NCBI GenBank assembly: GCA_028534125.1
Contig: CM052832.1
Location: forward strand, 22,632,001-22,696,000
Source of the DNA: Lama glama
Taxonomy: Eukaryota
Length of the DNA stretch: 64,000 bases
Reading direction: 5' to 3'
Shown piece by piece: positions 1 to 13,458 of the stretch. Below the pieces are notes generated by a model. That model was not told the DNA's origin and ran no database searches. It worked only from the letters and a program-made list of their open reading frames with translations. How positions within the stretch are numbered: position 1 is the first letter of the stretch; the number at the start of each line of letters is the position of its first letter. The translations under genes and the position numbers were made by a program.

Positions 1-919
1 CTCAACCCCAGCAAAATGAAAAGCTGCTACAGTGACACAAGATGTTGTAAATTGTTCTGACTTTGCTGGAAGACCTGTCATGGTGATGCTAAAAAGCCAA
101 AGCAAAGAAGTCAGTTGTATGGATGAAATTTTCGATTTGTGAGATGGGAGATTGAGTGCTGTTAATCTTGTTCTCCAAGCCCAGAGAGCTTTTTTCTTCT
201 CATTGCCCTAAAACTCCAAAGAACAGCTATTTGGGTGTTCTGTTACCTTACCCGTTCCAAATGGACTTAGTTTTAAACAAAGATAAGTGAATCTGTGATC
301 CATGCATAAGAGCTGCTCATGTTTCTGTGCAACGAAGTATTACAGATGTTTAGGAAAAAAATAAAGGAAACATATCAAGTAGAAGATTCTAATGAGGAGC
401 AGAATTGTCTAAGGGTGGCATCCTGGACATCATTTTGATGGGGAGAATGCAGGTTTGTTAGTGGAAGGTACTCTTCTCAAATCAGTAGCAGAGAGAGACA
501 GTGCATATGGAAATACTTGCTAATAATGGTGAGATGTTTGATTTCAGAATCCAATTAATTCAGAAGTGACTGTAGCTCTCTGGTGTAGTTAAATCTGGTA
601 CATACAGCTACACACACATACACACACACATTCCTCTGTGATAATTTAAAGAATTGTATAAGGGAAACTGGGGAGGTATAATTGCTAAGTGGTTTAGAAT
701 TATTGTTAAGGTGACAGGCACTCTGCAGGAATACAGAGAGGTGTAATGAAAGCCCTACCCTCAGTTCAACTATGTTCTAGCTGGAAAGACAAATCAAACT
801 CATATAAAAACGTAGCTACCATTTTACAGACCGTAAGTGCATAAGATTCTGAGGAAGGAAGTTACGGTGTTGGAGGAAGTTCTTCATGAGTCTCAGGACA
901 TAGCAAAGACACTTATAAT

Positions 920-1030
920 ATTATTCACTTACCCGTTTACTCGGCTAACATTTGTTGAGGACCTATGCATTAGGCACTGTGCCCCGTGCTAGGTATGAAG
1001 CAGTGACTGGGGCACAGTTCCTATTTCCCG
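920..1030 (-). mobile_element. L2 LINE 3' end fragment
   Basis: 'attcac..aacatttgttgaggacctatgcattaggcactgtg' resembles the reverse complement of the L2 terminal region; boundaries approximate. Confidence 0.6.
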
Positions 1031-1079
1031 ATTCAATAATAACTAATAAATCATTTAATTTGTATAGTATGGAAGGGTT

Positions 1080-1265
1080 CATGAAACTCTTGTATTTTAT
1101 GTTTACGTGTATAATCAATGCAACCTTAAAGGCTAGTATTTATTGCCCCCATTTTTGGTGAACATACTTTGGGAGAGGGAAATGAGTTTTCAAAGTCTCA
1201 CAGCAATAAGGTGGCTGAGGCTGGTCTTGAACTCCGGTTTTTTGATTCCAGGTCCTTTACCATCT
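1080..1265 (-). mobile_element. MIR SINE
   Basis: Degenerate reverse MIR core: cccatttt...aaagtctcacagcaataaggtggctgaggctggtcttgaactcc. Confidence 0.6.
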
Positions 1266-1339
1266 CAAGTATACCAGAGGGGAGCAATCTAGCTGGGATG
1301 CAGTTTTCACGTATAGGAGAGGTAGAAAAAATACTCTGC

Positions 1340-1935
1340 CCTAACTCCCGTGTCTGGGAGAAGAGGGGATTAAAGATTGAATTCGGTCATCAGTGGCCAA
1401 CGATTTAATTAATTATGCCTACATAATGAACCCTCCACACAGACTTCTAGACAACAGTTTGGAGAGCATCTGGGCTGGTGAACGCATCGGACTGCTGGGA
1501 GGACGGCGTGTGTGGGGCAGGCCTGGAGGGCCCTGTGCAGCGCCTCCCCCCCAATACCTTGCCGGGTGCATCTCCTTCTGTTGGCTCTCCTTGAGCTGTA
1601 TCCTCAGACATAATCATAAACCAATTTTAGTAAGTAAAGCACTTTGCTGAATGCTGTGCACCATCCAAGTGAATGACTGAACCGAGTGGGAGGTGGTGGG
1701 AACCACTGATCTCGGAGTCCCCTGGGAAGAACTGTGGGTAGTGTGGGTCCCCACCACTGCTGGAGTCTGAAGTGAGTGTTGTCTTGTGGGACTTGAACCC
1801 TTATCCTGTGGGGTCTGATAATAACTCCAGGTATTTGGTGCCAAACTTGAATGGAATTGTTGGACACCCAATGGGCATCACAGAGTTTGAGAACTGATTG
1901 GTGTTTTGTAAAGACATCACATATTTGGTGTCATG
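1340..1935 (+). mobile_element. MER21-family LTR remnant
   Basis: Collinear similarity to the recalled MER21 consensus: ggtgaac.catcg..tgctgggagg, ccttgcc...tgcatctc, agtaagtaaagcacttt.ctga, gtcttgtgggact.gaccct, ggacaccca, atttggtgtca. Confidence 0.75.
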
Positions 1936-2569
1936 AGAAAAAAGAAAAAGTCTCTCTGTGGCCCCGAGGGTGCTGAGTTGATCCGTAATACTCATCTATT
2001 CTGGGAATTCACCATTCTCAGCACCCTGTCCTGTCGAGCAGAAGTGGGTGTCTGACTCAGCCATGGACGTCCCTTTCCTGTAGCCGTACTTCAACAACAC
2101 TGCCGAAAATTCACACAGAGGGTCACCCATAATCTTTTACAATAAGGTTCTGTTAAATGGTGTGGTGGCAGAAGCCAATTCTAAGTGTAAGGGATGAATC
2201 TATAATGTTGAGGATGTGGAGACCAGGTGGGCAGATCACTTTCTTGGAAAGCACTGGCAGAGAAGGAGAGACCTAGGTGGCCAAAACAGTCTGCAGGCTT
2301 TGATTCAGCTGACTGTTACTTGGGTATCCTCTGCAGGGTGGACTCCCACCCTATGTGGTTGAAAGTGATGTTATAAATTTGATTGCTGTAAAGTGAATTG
2401 ACCCAGCGTGGGAAAGATATTACAATGAGAGGTCGTAGAAGGTGTGTAGAAGACCAGGAAGGTGCGCCAAAGATGAAAAATAGAAATATTTATAAGCATG
2501 TAAAAGTGACAAGCTTCAGTTTCAGCTCATAGGGTTTGTGTAGACTTGGGTCGGACCACAGAGATTGTT

Positions 2570-2670
2570 CAGCTAAACCTGTTCATTTTACGTCTGAAAG
2601 GTGAAGTAGCTTTTCTGGCTCTCATGACTACTTAGTCGTAAGGCTGGGGCTAGAGCGCTGGGATCACCCG
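2570..2670 (-). mobile_element. MIR SINE fragment
   Basis: ttcattttac...aggtgaagtagctt...aggctggggctagagc, degenerate reverse MIR core. Confidence 0.45.
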
Positions 2671-4218
2671 CACGTGTTTTCTTTCCCCTCCTCCCCGCTG
2701 CCTTCCTGATTTTGTGTGTGGCCACCGTGCTTCTGGCTACGTGAACACTGCCTTTTTCATCACAGTCTTTCCGTCTCTGTGCTTTTGATCATGGCGTTTC
2801 CAAGGCTTGTTCTACTCTCTTCTCTTAACCCTCAGTGTTAAGTCCTGTCCTGCCTTTGAGATTTATTTGAAATGTTATGTCTTGATGAAGAACACCATTC
2901 CCAACAGTTCTCTCTCCTTCTGAGCCCTTACAGCACATCGCTTCATGCTTGTATGAGTCTCCTTTATGTGCTGCACTGAAACGCCTGGCGAGATCGTGAG
3001 CCAAGCGCCTTTGGAAGGAACATGCCTTACACGTATTCGCTCCTTCTATAGGAATTCTTGCGTCTTTCCATGTGGTCTTTATTTCTATTATCTTTTCCTT
3101 GATGATAGTAAGAGATGTATTCGGTCTAACTGAATTATTTTCGCTCTAGCCGACTGAAGGGACCTTTTTTATCCTTTTTAACTGGTCTTCTGAACCATCA
3201 CCCCCATAGATCGATGTTACAGAAAGTACAATACACGTGGGTAACGAAAACGGGAAGTGGAGAGTAAGCATCTTTAGTTTGAGTGAACTGAGGACTCAGA
3301 TTAGTTTAAAGCCTAATTAGTAGGGACTTCCTCTAGACAGACGCTTAGACTTAAGTTAATAAACTTCTCATAACAGGCATTCCTGAAACGGAAAGCCTTT
3401 TCTCATGTAGAACATACTTTATCGACTCTTCTGTGGGTTATAGTAACACACGTCATGGAGAACTGGGTTAGGGCTGAGAAATTCAGTGGGCTTGATGCAC
3501 AGGAGTGCGTCTCGGTCCTGGAAACGACCTTTTGCAGAGAAAGAAGTGCTACTAGCCCGGCGTGGTTTTCAGAGCACAGGGAGACCCCCTACTCCCCCAC
3601 CCCCTCCCCAAAACCACTTCTCACTTGGTTATTAACACTAGAAATCGTGTTACAAACTTTCAGTAGTTTTAAAAGATCTATAGGCTTATGTTAAAAACCC
3701 CTATTAGAGGTAGGAGACTGACCTAAATGTAAGCCAATTTAAGATAGAGGCTGGAGGAAGACAAAAAAGAGCTCTTGATTTTGGAAGGTGGTAGGGGGAG
3801 GAAAAAGCATTATATGTTAAAAAAAAAATTCTACATAGGGGCTGCTGAAAGCTCCAAAGGACACTTTGTGCGCATGACAGCTTTGCCCTGTGTAGTGATA
3901 CACACCAAGGATGAGGTCGTAATTGTAGGTCTCCAACTCTCAGTTCCAAAAAGTGTATTATATAAAGCAAATAAACATGATTCTCAGAAATTGACTCCTT
4001 ATAAAACTTGGCCCAGTTGTTCCCAGGCTCTGAAAGGTTTTCCCCAGTATAAGGTTCAGATCTTTAGACTGCAATCTGATTTTCGACCACATGAGTGAAC
4101 ACATATTTTCCTTTCCTTGGAGTTAATTTTTGAATTGCTTGACCAAGTCACTTACAAGCGACGCAGTAAGTCAGCTCCTAAAGATTGAAGTAATAAAGAC
4201 TTCCTTTCTTATTTCCAG

Positions 4219-4284
4219 AATCAGTCATGGACTTAAAATCCCAGTTAAATTCAAAGGCGATGGAGACGTCCAAGGACTCAAAAG
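4219..4284 (+). other. Candidate 66-nt exon (unverified)
   Basis: Acceptor ttcctttcttatttccag| and donor AAG|gtaaga; length a multiple of 3; open in phase 1 (SVMDLKSQLNSKAMETSKDSK); ATG at 4227 in gtcATGg Kozak context; protein not recognised. Confidence 0.3.
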
Positions 4285-5859
4285 GTAAGAAAGACGTGCT
4301 GGTCTCACATCCCTCACTCCACATGGTCTCATTAAAATATCCCGCTGATGAGAGCACTATTTCACAGCTCAGCCACCTCCAGATAGTAAGAAACAGCTGC
4401 ACAGAGGTCAGCTACAGGAGGGCGATGTGAAAAGAAACACAAAGTCACGCCCGAGCTCCTGGAGTTCCAGCCATCTCTGTTTACAAAGTTCATGACATGA
4501 GAACAGTCTCAACTGATGATGCCTATTTTTTTTTTTTAAAAAAAACAGCTGCAAAACTATGACCATCTGGGAGTGAAATAGAACATCCTTCTGACTTGAC
4601 AAGTAGGATAACACATAAATGTATGTTAGACTAACCTTATTGTCAGAGGCAAGCTTTGGTTCTTTAATAACATGTTTAACTTCTGTTTCTTTTATTTCCT
4701 TTCCCTCTTGCCAGTATTCTTCTTAGGCACATTGTGAATTGCTGGTGCATAATCTTTTCCAAAAAATTAGAGCCTTCTATTTCTTTCCTGGCCTGTGTTC
4801 TGCACATTTTGTCTGCACCTTGGCAAAGAACTGCTTTGAAGAGCGTAGTCTTGGGGTTTTCTGCCCCTTCTCCGCCTCGTGCCAGGCATTTGTGGGTGCT
4901 CCCTCTTTCAGCCTGCTCAGCTGAGGCTTCCACAAGAGGAATTTTCTCCCTCCAACCCCACATTCTTCAGAAGTTGACTAGGACTGGGAAAATCGGCGTA
5001 CAAAGCATTTTGCATTCTCTGGATGTACCACTCAGTAATTCTTCTGTCTGAAAACTCTGTAATGTCAATAATTGATGCACTTGAGAAGTGGTAATTAAAT
5101 TAGTTAATTATGCTGGTAAAATTACATGCAATTATGTGACTGCAGGGTATGTTTAGTAAATTAGGCTTTCCCATACTCACTACATATTGTGGTGCCAATT
5201 TTGTTCCTTGATGATTAGGTAGCTTTTGATACTTCTTAATTGATTTAATACCTGGATCTTCATTAGCCCTTGATTGCTATGCTATGTATGTCTGACGTTT
5301 TTTCTCTCTGATATTTTACTGAGATCGTACATCAAGGGAAAATATACGTACATACTTGGGGATGATACATACAGATATGTGAATATATCCACACGTTTTT
5401 CATTTCAAATATTTAGATGTGGAAATATCACCTCCTCCACTGCCCTCCCACCTCCTGGGAAATACCTAATCCTATAATGTGGACTCAGATAGAATCCAAG
5501 AACTTAACTCTTTTTGGACACTCTTTAAGGGGGAAAAAAAAAAGTCATGTTTAACTATTTTGCCTCTGAAATATCAACACAAGTAATACTAGGCGGTAAC
5601 TGTAGGAAGCAAACACTAGGCATGTTAGGAAAGTTAATCATTTTACCTCTTGACCACGTTTAAATAAGATCCTTTATCTATGAGGAGTTAACTAAAAGGT
5701 TCTAAATCATAGAAACTATAAATCTGTCACTTGACACTTAAAAGTTTATAGTCTGCCCCAGGCTTCTCATACACATTAGTAAGTCACCAGGGTGCCGTGA
5801 GAATGGTGGAGAAACCACTGGTGCTGCTTATGGATGGAGCTTCTTGGTTCAAGATTTGG

Positions 5860-6030
5860 GATGGCTCAGAGCTGGAAGGAAGCCAGGTAACTGCTTGATC
5901 AACTCCTGTTACATAATAGATGAAGAAATGAAGGTTGCGTTGAACGCCTTGTAGATGTTCCCAGAGTGAAGCAGGGACTAGGGTGGGTCTGGAGTTCAGG
6001 TTCTGGGTTCTGCCCTCTCGGCCAGTGGTA
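5860..6030 (-). mobile_element. MIR SINE
   Basis: cagagctggaagga...atagatgaagaaatgaagg...ctggagttcaggttct, reverse MIR-type pattern. Confidence 0.5.
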
Positions 6031-6889
6031 ACATGTCCTACAGCATGACCACTTTTTTCTCCTTCGTCTGTTTCCTTTCAGTCACTCACTCTAAACCTTT
6101 GAGTTGCTTTTGCTCAGACAGGGACCAGGCACATTTTCTAAACAGCTCCTTCTTTTACTATAAACTGAGTGTCAGAAGGCACCTTGAGTTGTTTAGAAGA
6201 AAACATGTCAACTGTAATTATCTATAATGAAGAATTAGAAATGTGGTCCTTTTTGCTTGCTTGTTTCTTGAGAACTCAGTGCAGACGTCCGCGCCTGTGG
6301 CTTTTCCCGTATCCTGTATCCCACTCGTAATGTGAACAAGGAGGCATCCTAGTGTGGAGGAGGACGATTCTGGAAAGGAAAACGCTTTTGCCAGTGCTGG
6401 GAGGAATGGGCAAGGTTGCTCACTGTTTGGGCCTCTGTCCTTCCTCAGAAGCCAGAGGGGTAGACAAACAGACCCCCACTGAGCCTCTGATGGCACTGAG
6501 ATTCCATGATCATCTAGGAAATGCCACTTCTGAAATGGATAAGCAAAGACCGCTCGTTACTCACTCGTTACATTTCCTGTTGTTTTTTCTTCTTTTTCTT
6601 TCCTTTTTTTTTTTTTTGATCCTTCAGTAGATGAAGAACACTAGAGATACATGATAATAACTTTCATTTATACAACGTCACATACTGTCTTTGTCTCTCT
6701 GGATTTTTGTATCCATCCTGTGGTGACAGAGAACAAGAGTTAGTCCCATTTCATAGATTGTTTTTAATCTAACCCAGAAATTTTTGGCCAGACTTGGATA
6801 ATGAGTAGATGTGAAGAATCATTCAACCTGTTAAGTAAGGTTAAGTGATACCTACTTCTTGTGCTTTGTGAACTCAAGACTTTTAACAA

Positions 6890-7127
6890 AACCTGCTTTT
6901 GGTTTCTTCTAGGAAGTTTTCCTTACTTCTCTCCAGGCTGGAGTGAGTACTCTCATAATACTGTGTGTCCCCACCGCTACATTTCTGTTTTATTTTATGT
7001 TTGGTCACATAGACACATATGACACTGGATGATAAAATGCTGGACGGGAGGCATCCTGGTTGATTTGCATTCTGCTCGTTAACCTTAAGCCCAGTGCCTG
7101 CTCCATCGTTGTTGAATGAATGAATGA
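6890..7127 (+). mobile_element. L2 LINE 3' end
   Basis: ctaggaagttttcctt...cccagtgcctg...gttgttgaatgaatgaatga; typical L2 terminus with (TGAA)n tail. Confidence 0.65.
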
Positions 7128-8477
7128 GGGAGCATTAGCCTGGAAAGTCAACATTCTTTTCCTTATCAGGTGACATTTAAACTCTTGCCTCTGCACCTCC
7201 TACCTAGCAGGTGCAAACACCCGCATCAGAACGACCCAGAGTGTTTTTGTTACGCTTATTACCACACACTCTCCCCGTTAGAGCTCATTCTCTGTTTCTT
7301 TTAAAAAGCTAATACCTAATGGAATATAAACTGAAAATGCATTGGTCATTATTTTCATTTTATTAACTTAAAATTGACATTTTCTCTTCTGGTTCTATCA
7401 ACCCCAAAGGGCATATGTTCTATAATGTAATTATAAAACAGTGCTGTCACACAAAAGCATTGGTTTAAAACACAAAATATATTTAAATATCTTTTTTTGT
7501 GTCTTATAAGAATCACTTACATGAACATATTTTAATATTTTCTATTTAAGTTAATGTGGACACGGGTGGAGAACAAGTCAAGCAAAGAAATCTTTGCTAA
7601 ACCTCACAGATACTGTGAGGACTGGGAAAAAGAGGGAGGTATCGTGGTGACGGAGAGAAACCTGGGGACGTAGAGGAGGCACTAGCAGAGTGTTGATGGA
7701 AACCCTGCTGCTCCCCACCAGCCCTGCCAAAAAGCAGGCGATAACACCACCTGTCTGTTTGGCAGCCACAGGTACCTACACATGGTTCATGTATTTTCCT
7801 CTTCAGATTCCATGATTTAGATTGGAGAGCCAACTAGTTTCATCAACAGGTGAAGTAATATGTGGAGGAGAACCCACCCACAGCATTGCCGTGTGGGGAG
7901 AAGGAGAGGCAGGCAGGAGCTCTCTCCCGGCACCCACGTGAGTTTTATAAGGGCTTCTTGTGGAAACCGTTTCTTGGCCCCCGGGCTTCTGCAAAGTCAG
8001 CGTGCTACCCGTTAGCTGGCACTATGCCATCCTAACAGATGGCCAGCAGTGTAGGCAGCAAAGAGACCGTGTAGGCAGCAAATAGACCATGTAGGAGCGC
8101 CACGAGTGAGCGTGGAGGGCAAGATCTCCAAGCAGACGCCTGGAGTCTGTCTGTCCGTTAGTCCTGAGCTCCTGATAAAGACCGGAGAGGAGGGAGTGTT
8201 TCTGTCTGGATGCTTGGCTCTTCCTCACTTTGGGCAGAGATGCCAGCGTTACCTTCTTTGTGTTTCAGTATTAGGTTTTCTACTCCAGAACTCTACTCTG
8301 GTGTGTGTGGGTGTGTGGGATGTTGCAAGAGGGTGATGAAAAAGATAAGAGAGATTCTAAATAAAACCATTCCTGTTTCTCGTGCACTTGACTTCTCCAG
8401 TTCCTTCTGTGCATTCCTGCCAAATTCATCTCCTAAGGCACAGTTGGATCATATCCCCTCCTCGCCAAAACTTTTTG

Positions 8478-8540
8478 TGATGATGATGATGATGACTTTG
8501 ATAATGATGATGGTGTTAGTGGTGATGGTGGTGGTGGCTG
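8478..8540. repeat. Imperfect (TGA)n/(TGG)n trinucleotide tract at the end of a MIR
   Basis: tgatgatgatgatgatgac...tgatggtggtggtgg read directly. Confidence 0.8.
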
Positions 8541-8700
8541 CTATTTGTCAAACACTTACAATTGCATAATTTGCTTATATCACAGGCAGCCAAGCTCAGA
8601 AAATGGCTTCCTGCCCAAAGGCACATAGCTATAAAGCGTCGGAGCTGGAATCTCTACCTGTATCTGCCTGACTCTAGACTAAGAACCTTAACAACTGTAC
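8541..8700 (-). mobile_element. MIR SINE
   Basis: aagctcagaaaatggcttcctgcccaaaggcacatagctataaagcgtcggagctggaatct...tctgcctgactctaga. Confidence 0.65.
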
Positions 8701-9044
8701 TTGATATTTGCAAATACAAGCAAATTCATCTGAAGTTTCTCTGGAAACTTCTTAATTTTTGACCAACTTGTAATTTAATTAAATGAAAACTTTTAATTTA
8801 ACTCAAAGTTTAGTTTAACTAAACGATTCTCCCCTTATTTTTTGTTTTGAGATGTTTTCTCTGTTATTTAATTTCTCAAGAGAACGTTTGTTCTGAGAAA
8901 CTAGATTCAAATTAATGAGGACCAAGATAAACCATATGTCTTAACAAAAAAGGATTAGATTGACCCTCTCTGTCATGGGAGAGTAGGTCAGCATGAAGGG
9001 AAGATTTCTTACTCATTTCAGGAACCTGCCAGAGAGCCTTTTTT

Positions 9045-9782
9045 AAAAATTGAAGTATAGTTGATTTACAATGTTGTGTTAGTTTCTGATATACAACACA
9101 GTGATTCAGTTATACATATATATTTTTTCTTTTTCATTATAGGTTATTACAAGATATTGAATATAGTTCCCTGTGCTATACAACAGGGCCTTGTTGTTAC
9201 CTATTTTATGTATAGTAGTTTGTATCTGATAATTCCAAACTCCTAATTTATTCCTCCCCTGTTTCCCTGTTTTGTTTTCTTTGTCTTTGAGGTCTGTTTC
9301 TATTTTGTGAATAAGTTCATTAGTATAATTTTTAATTTTCCACGTATAAGTGGATATCATATGATATTTATCTTTCTCCATCTGACTTACTTCACTTAGT
9401 ATGGTAATCTCTAAGTCTATCCATGTTGTCACAGATGGCATTATTCTGTTCTTTTTTATGGCTGAGTAGTTTTCCACTGTATAAAGAATATATATATACA
9501 CACACACATACAGTACATCTTCTTTATCCATTTATCTGTCAATGGACATTTAGGTTGCTTCCATGTCTTGGCTGTTTGTAAATAACGCTGCAGTGAATAC
9601 TGGGGTGCATGTATCTTTTTTAGTTAGTGCTTTCCCCGTATTTATGTCCAGGAGTAGGATTGCTAGACATGGTAACTGTATTTTCAGTTTTTTTAAGGAA
9701 TCTCCGTACTGTTTTCCACAGTGGTTGCACCAAATTACATTCCCACCAACAGTGTACGAGGGTTCTATTTTCTCCACGCTCA
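9045..9782 (-). mobile_element. 5'-truncated L1 (ORF2 C-terminus + 3' UTR), cetartiodactyl type
   Basis: Minus-strand ORFs 9550-9783 and 9106-9531 give frameshifted L1 ORF2p C-terminal motifs ([45 protein letters not shown]); 3' UTR 'attgaagtatagttgatttacaatgttgtgttagtttc'; degenerate TSD agagagcctttttt (9031-9044) / agtgagcctgtttt (9783-9796). Confidence 0.95.
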
Positions 9783-12372
9783 AGTGAGCCTGTTTTTAAT
9801 CAGATAAAATTTCTACTTTCTGTTGTTACCTGTGATTTTATGCCTGGGATCAAGTAAGTATGACGGAATAAAAGCCACTTGGTTTGTTTCTTCTAGAGAT
9901 CGTTGAAGCGTCAGCATTTGTCCTTCCCATTCATGAGACCCTTTTAAAATGGTGCTTATGATACTAATCTTCCTTGTTTGTAACCTCAATCCCTTCTGGT
10001 AGTTTCTCTTTTCCAGTAAAGAGAGAAAATGTCTTCATATACTTGAAGATAATTTTTTTCTTTCTATCAGATAGTCATCGGTGAATAACAACCACAAAAA
10101 TCTCAGTGATGTACAGAGTAAGCATTCATTGTCACAGATGTGCAAGCAGACAGGGGTTTGGCTGACTGTGGCTGCTTTCAGAGGACGTAGGCTCCAGTTA
10201 CCTCTCATCCTCCAGCAGGAGTTGGTGTTTAGCCTGGGCAAGTACTTCTCTTCCTATGAGTTCTCAGCAACGGCTCAGATGTGAAAGGACAGCCCAGTCC
10301 CTCAAACGTTTTTAAAAGCCTTTGGTCGTATTACTCCCGTTTACATTCTGTTGGTGAAAGTTACGTCCCGTGATCAAACCCAAAGTTGAGGAAATATTTT
10401 CTGCCTATTTTATTTTATTATTATTTTTGGTGGCAGGGGGGATGCAGTTCACAGGGTAAAGAGTGATGATGAAGGGAAGAATGAAGAACTGGGACCATCA
10501 GCCCCATTTCTGTCTGTTCCCTACTGCATCCTTATTGAATCCTCTGCTGTTGTTCCTGCTCTATACATTGTGTCCTGGGATGGCGATGCCCTCCTCTCAG
10601 ACTTGTGGTTACTATTTCTACAAAATTGCAAGGCTCAACTTTTGTATCCACTCAAGGTCTATTGTTAGTAATATTTTTCCGGACGGTATTTTCCTCTTTC
10701 AGAGCCGTCTGATAAAATCCTTTTCCAAGAAGTCATTATTATCACAGAAACTGTGTTCATCTCTCAGATCGATAAGGCCCCTCTGTCTAGTTCTCTGGAA
10801 TCTGAACACTGTGTGTTCCACCCAGCCACATATAAAACACGTCCTTTTGGCATGAAGAGTAACTTCCTGGTGGGAGTTGATCTGAACATGGCCCCTCCTT
10901 TGGGCAGAAACATGAGTGACGTCATAACTTCCTGTGAAGATTGGAGCTTTCCCGGCTGCATCATCTCAAGGTTTTGCTTGTAATCAGCTTCCACTATCAT
11001 TTGTGCTCGAATTCCTCTTTACTAAGGATCAGATGAGATGTTGCAGGGGTGGCAGGGAGTTTGAGCTTGTGCATGTATACCAATGTATTTGTGTGATTAA
11101 GCAGAATATATTTGTTTTATCATTAAGCAGAATGGTGAACTTTTTTTTTACAGAATGAGCATTCCTGTACTATGCTTCTTATGCCCATCAATGAGTATGA
11201 AATAATTTGTGCTTATGTTACATTTTAGAGTGAATTACACATACATTTATCACCACTACTTATGTTTCATCAAATGCATTTTTAAAATTCCAGATCTGAG
11301 GACCTGTGAGAAAAGTTTTAATTGAAGATCTCTGTGCATATCTTATTTTCATGTTAACCAAGCAGAGCAGGCTGATTCAGACGTTTGGGAGCAGGAGAGC
11401 ACTTAATCTGTTACCACTGCTTTGCATCGTGGCATGTTCTAGACTTCTTAGGAGCAGTCTTTATTTTTGGAGCCCACAGATTGCATTTGAATGAGTCAGG
11501 AATATTTTCCAGCTTATTTTCGTGAACTTACTCATATGTTGCCCAAATGGAGAGAAAATACACTATTTTCCAAAGAGTGGCTGTTAGCACCATTCTAGTG
11601 CTAGACTGTTAAATTTTATTTGATCACCTCAAGGATTAAAAATGTCTGCTTCTGTACCCACACAAAGGTGTGCATATGCCAAAATAGCACAGTTCTATTG
11701 GTTAGAAAATTCAAGAGAAGGTCTCACTGAAATCTTGTATTCTAACTCCCCAGTGCCCAAGTACTTTGTATTCTTAGATACTCGATCTTTTCTAGGCCCT
11801 TTAGTAAACCTATAAACATTACTTCACTTTTAAGAGCTACTTGGGGTGATAAATATGCATGTTTGCCTCAAAGCTCGCACCCCCAGTGATGATGAGATTA
11901 GTTGCCTGGTTATTTGCGGTTATTTCTGCAGCACCTGTGGATTCCACCTTGGTAGTTTGTTTCAACAGGAGCATGTGTCATACAGTTTTATTAACTTACT
12001 GAGCACAGGTATTTCCTGGCTATCTATTTGATTAACATAGTGACCAAAATTATAGCAGAATAAGCCCTGCCATGGTTACTTTCTCTTTGCATACCCATTT
12101 CAATTGTATACCCGTGGACACTTTCAAAGGAGAGCTCGGTGTTGGACCACCATCTCATTTTAATTTAGTAGAACCTAAAATCACTATGGATTCTTCCCAG
12201 TTCCAAGCATATTGTCTGATGCAGAACAGTCTGTTGAATGAATAAATATGTGACTAAACGTACACATACATGTATGAACATATTTAACGTAAATATGGCC
12301 AACACGCATGCCCGAATCACAGATGCACCATCCTGCTTTTATTTTTACTTTTATTTTAAACTCCTCTTGCAG

Positions 12373-12498
12373 ATGTGATTCCCAGGTATTCAGAGACTGT
12401 TGGAAACACCATGGATCAGGAAGGAACAGAGATAAGGAACCTAAAAAGGACCAAGTCTTTCAGCCCATTAATCAAATCCATAATTCCCACTAAGGCAG
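12373..12498 (+). other. Candidate 126-nt exon (unverified)
   Basis: Long pyrimidine-rich acceptor ...tttattttaaactcctcttgcag| and donor CAG|gtaaaa; multiple of 3; open in phase 1 (VIPRYSETVGNTMDQEGTEIRNLKRTKSFSPLIKSIIPTKA); caccATGg at 12411; protein not recognised. Confidence 0.3.
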
Positions 12499-13434
12499 GT
12501 AAAACAATGAATAGCACTAAGAAAAAAAAAAAAACCACTCTATATCATGAGCATATTTAAAAGCTAAAATCTTCCCCGGGCACACCAGAGACACTTCTAA
12601 AAGGCAGAGGAATTTGAAGACCCTCATTAAGAAGATGTCGCCTGCATGCTCAGATAAAACAGGAAAGAAAAATGTATCTAAGGTTCCAGTGGAATGTAGC
12701 TCATATTCTTCCTCCCACTCTGTTTCTCTGAATGATTCTCTAAGTTACAATATGAGCAAAATGGAGCTTGAAATAGACAAAATGGGACTAGTGCCTTTTT
12801 TTTCATGAAATATCTTAATGGAATTGCTACTCCCTGCCTCTGCACAAAGATTATTTGTTTTTTTCCATATACTTAGGAAGGAAAATTTTAAGTTTCCAGT
12901 TAATGTACTTATTTCCAATAAGTACCACCACTATGTTTCTAGATACCTTATAATTAGGGTATTTAGGAGATATATTTATTTGGTTGCCTTATCCAGTTAG
13001 ATTAGGTACCATTAGTACTTCCATGGTTTAATGGAAATGATAGCTAGAATGTGAATGAATGCCTCCTCTGTGGGTAAAACTAAGCCTCGAAGCCAACAGC
13101 TATAGCAGTTAAATGTGCGCCAGTTCTCATAAAAAGAGCAGCCACAGGCAGTGAAGCCTGGGTTGAATGCTCAGGACCAGAAAAAGCCTCTGAGTCTCCT
13201 TGCCTGCAATCTGCATGCCTGCCTGACTCTTTACTAATGCTGTCTTTCACTCCATTAACGGATGTGTGCGTACACATTCATCCTATAGCCAAAATCACTT
13301 TTTTTTTTTTTGCTTTTTCTCTCCTTTCCCTCTTTAGCAAAAATATCAGCTCTTTTTTTTTTTCCCCTTTTATCACCAGTTTTGAAAAATTACTCATCAC
13401 TCTTTGGAATTCTCCAAATCACCATATTTCAGAT

Positions 13435-13458
13435 TTCAGAGAAGTGTGATTCTTAGAA
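13435..13458. promoter_or_regulatory. Tandem GAS (STAT) motifs with 6-bp spacer
   Basis: TTCAGAGAA (13435-43) gtgtga TTCTTAGAA (13450-58). Confidence 0.35.

Noticed and set aside
6913..6942. 30-nt exon-like segment (ttctag|...gga|gtgagt)
   Set aside because: Lies within an L2 remnant whose sequence accounts for the signals; no independent support
7807..7849. 43-nt plus-strand exon-like segment
   Set aside because: Frame-shifting length and a stop in the phase used by neighbouring candidates; weak donor
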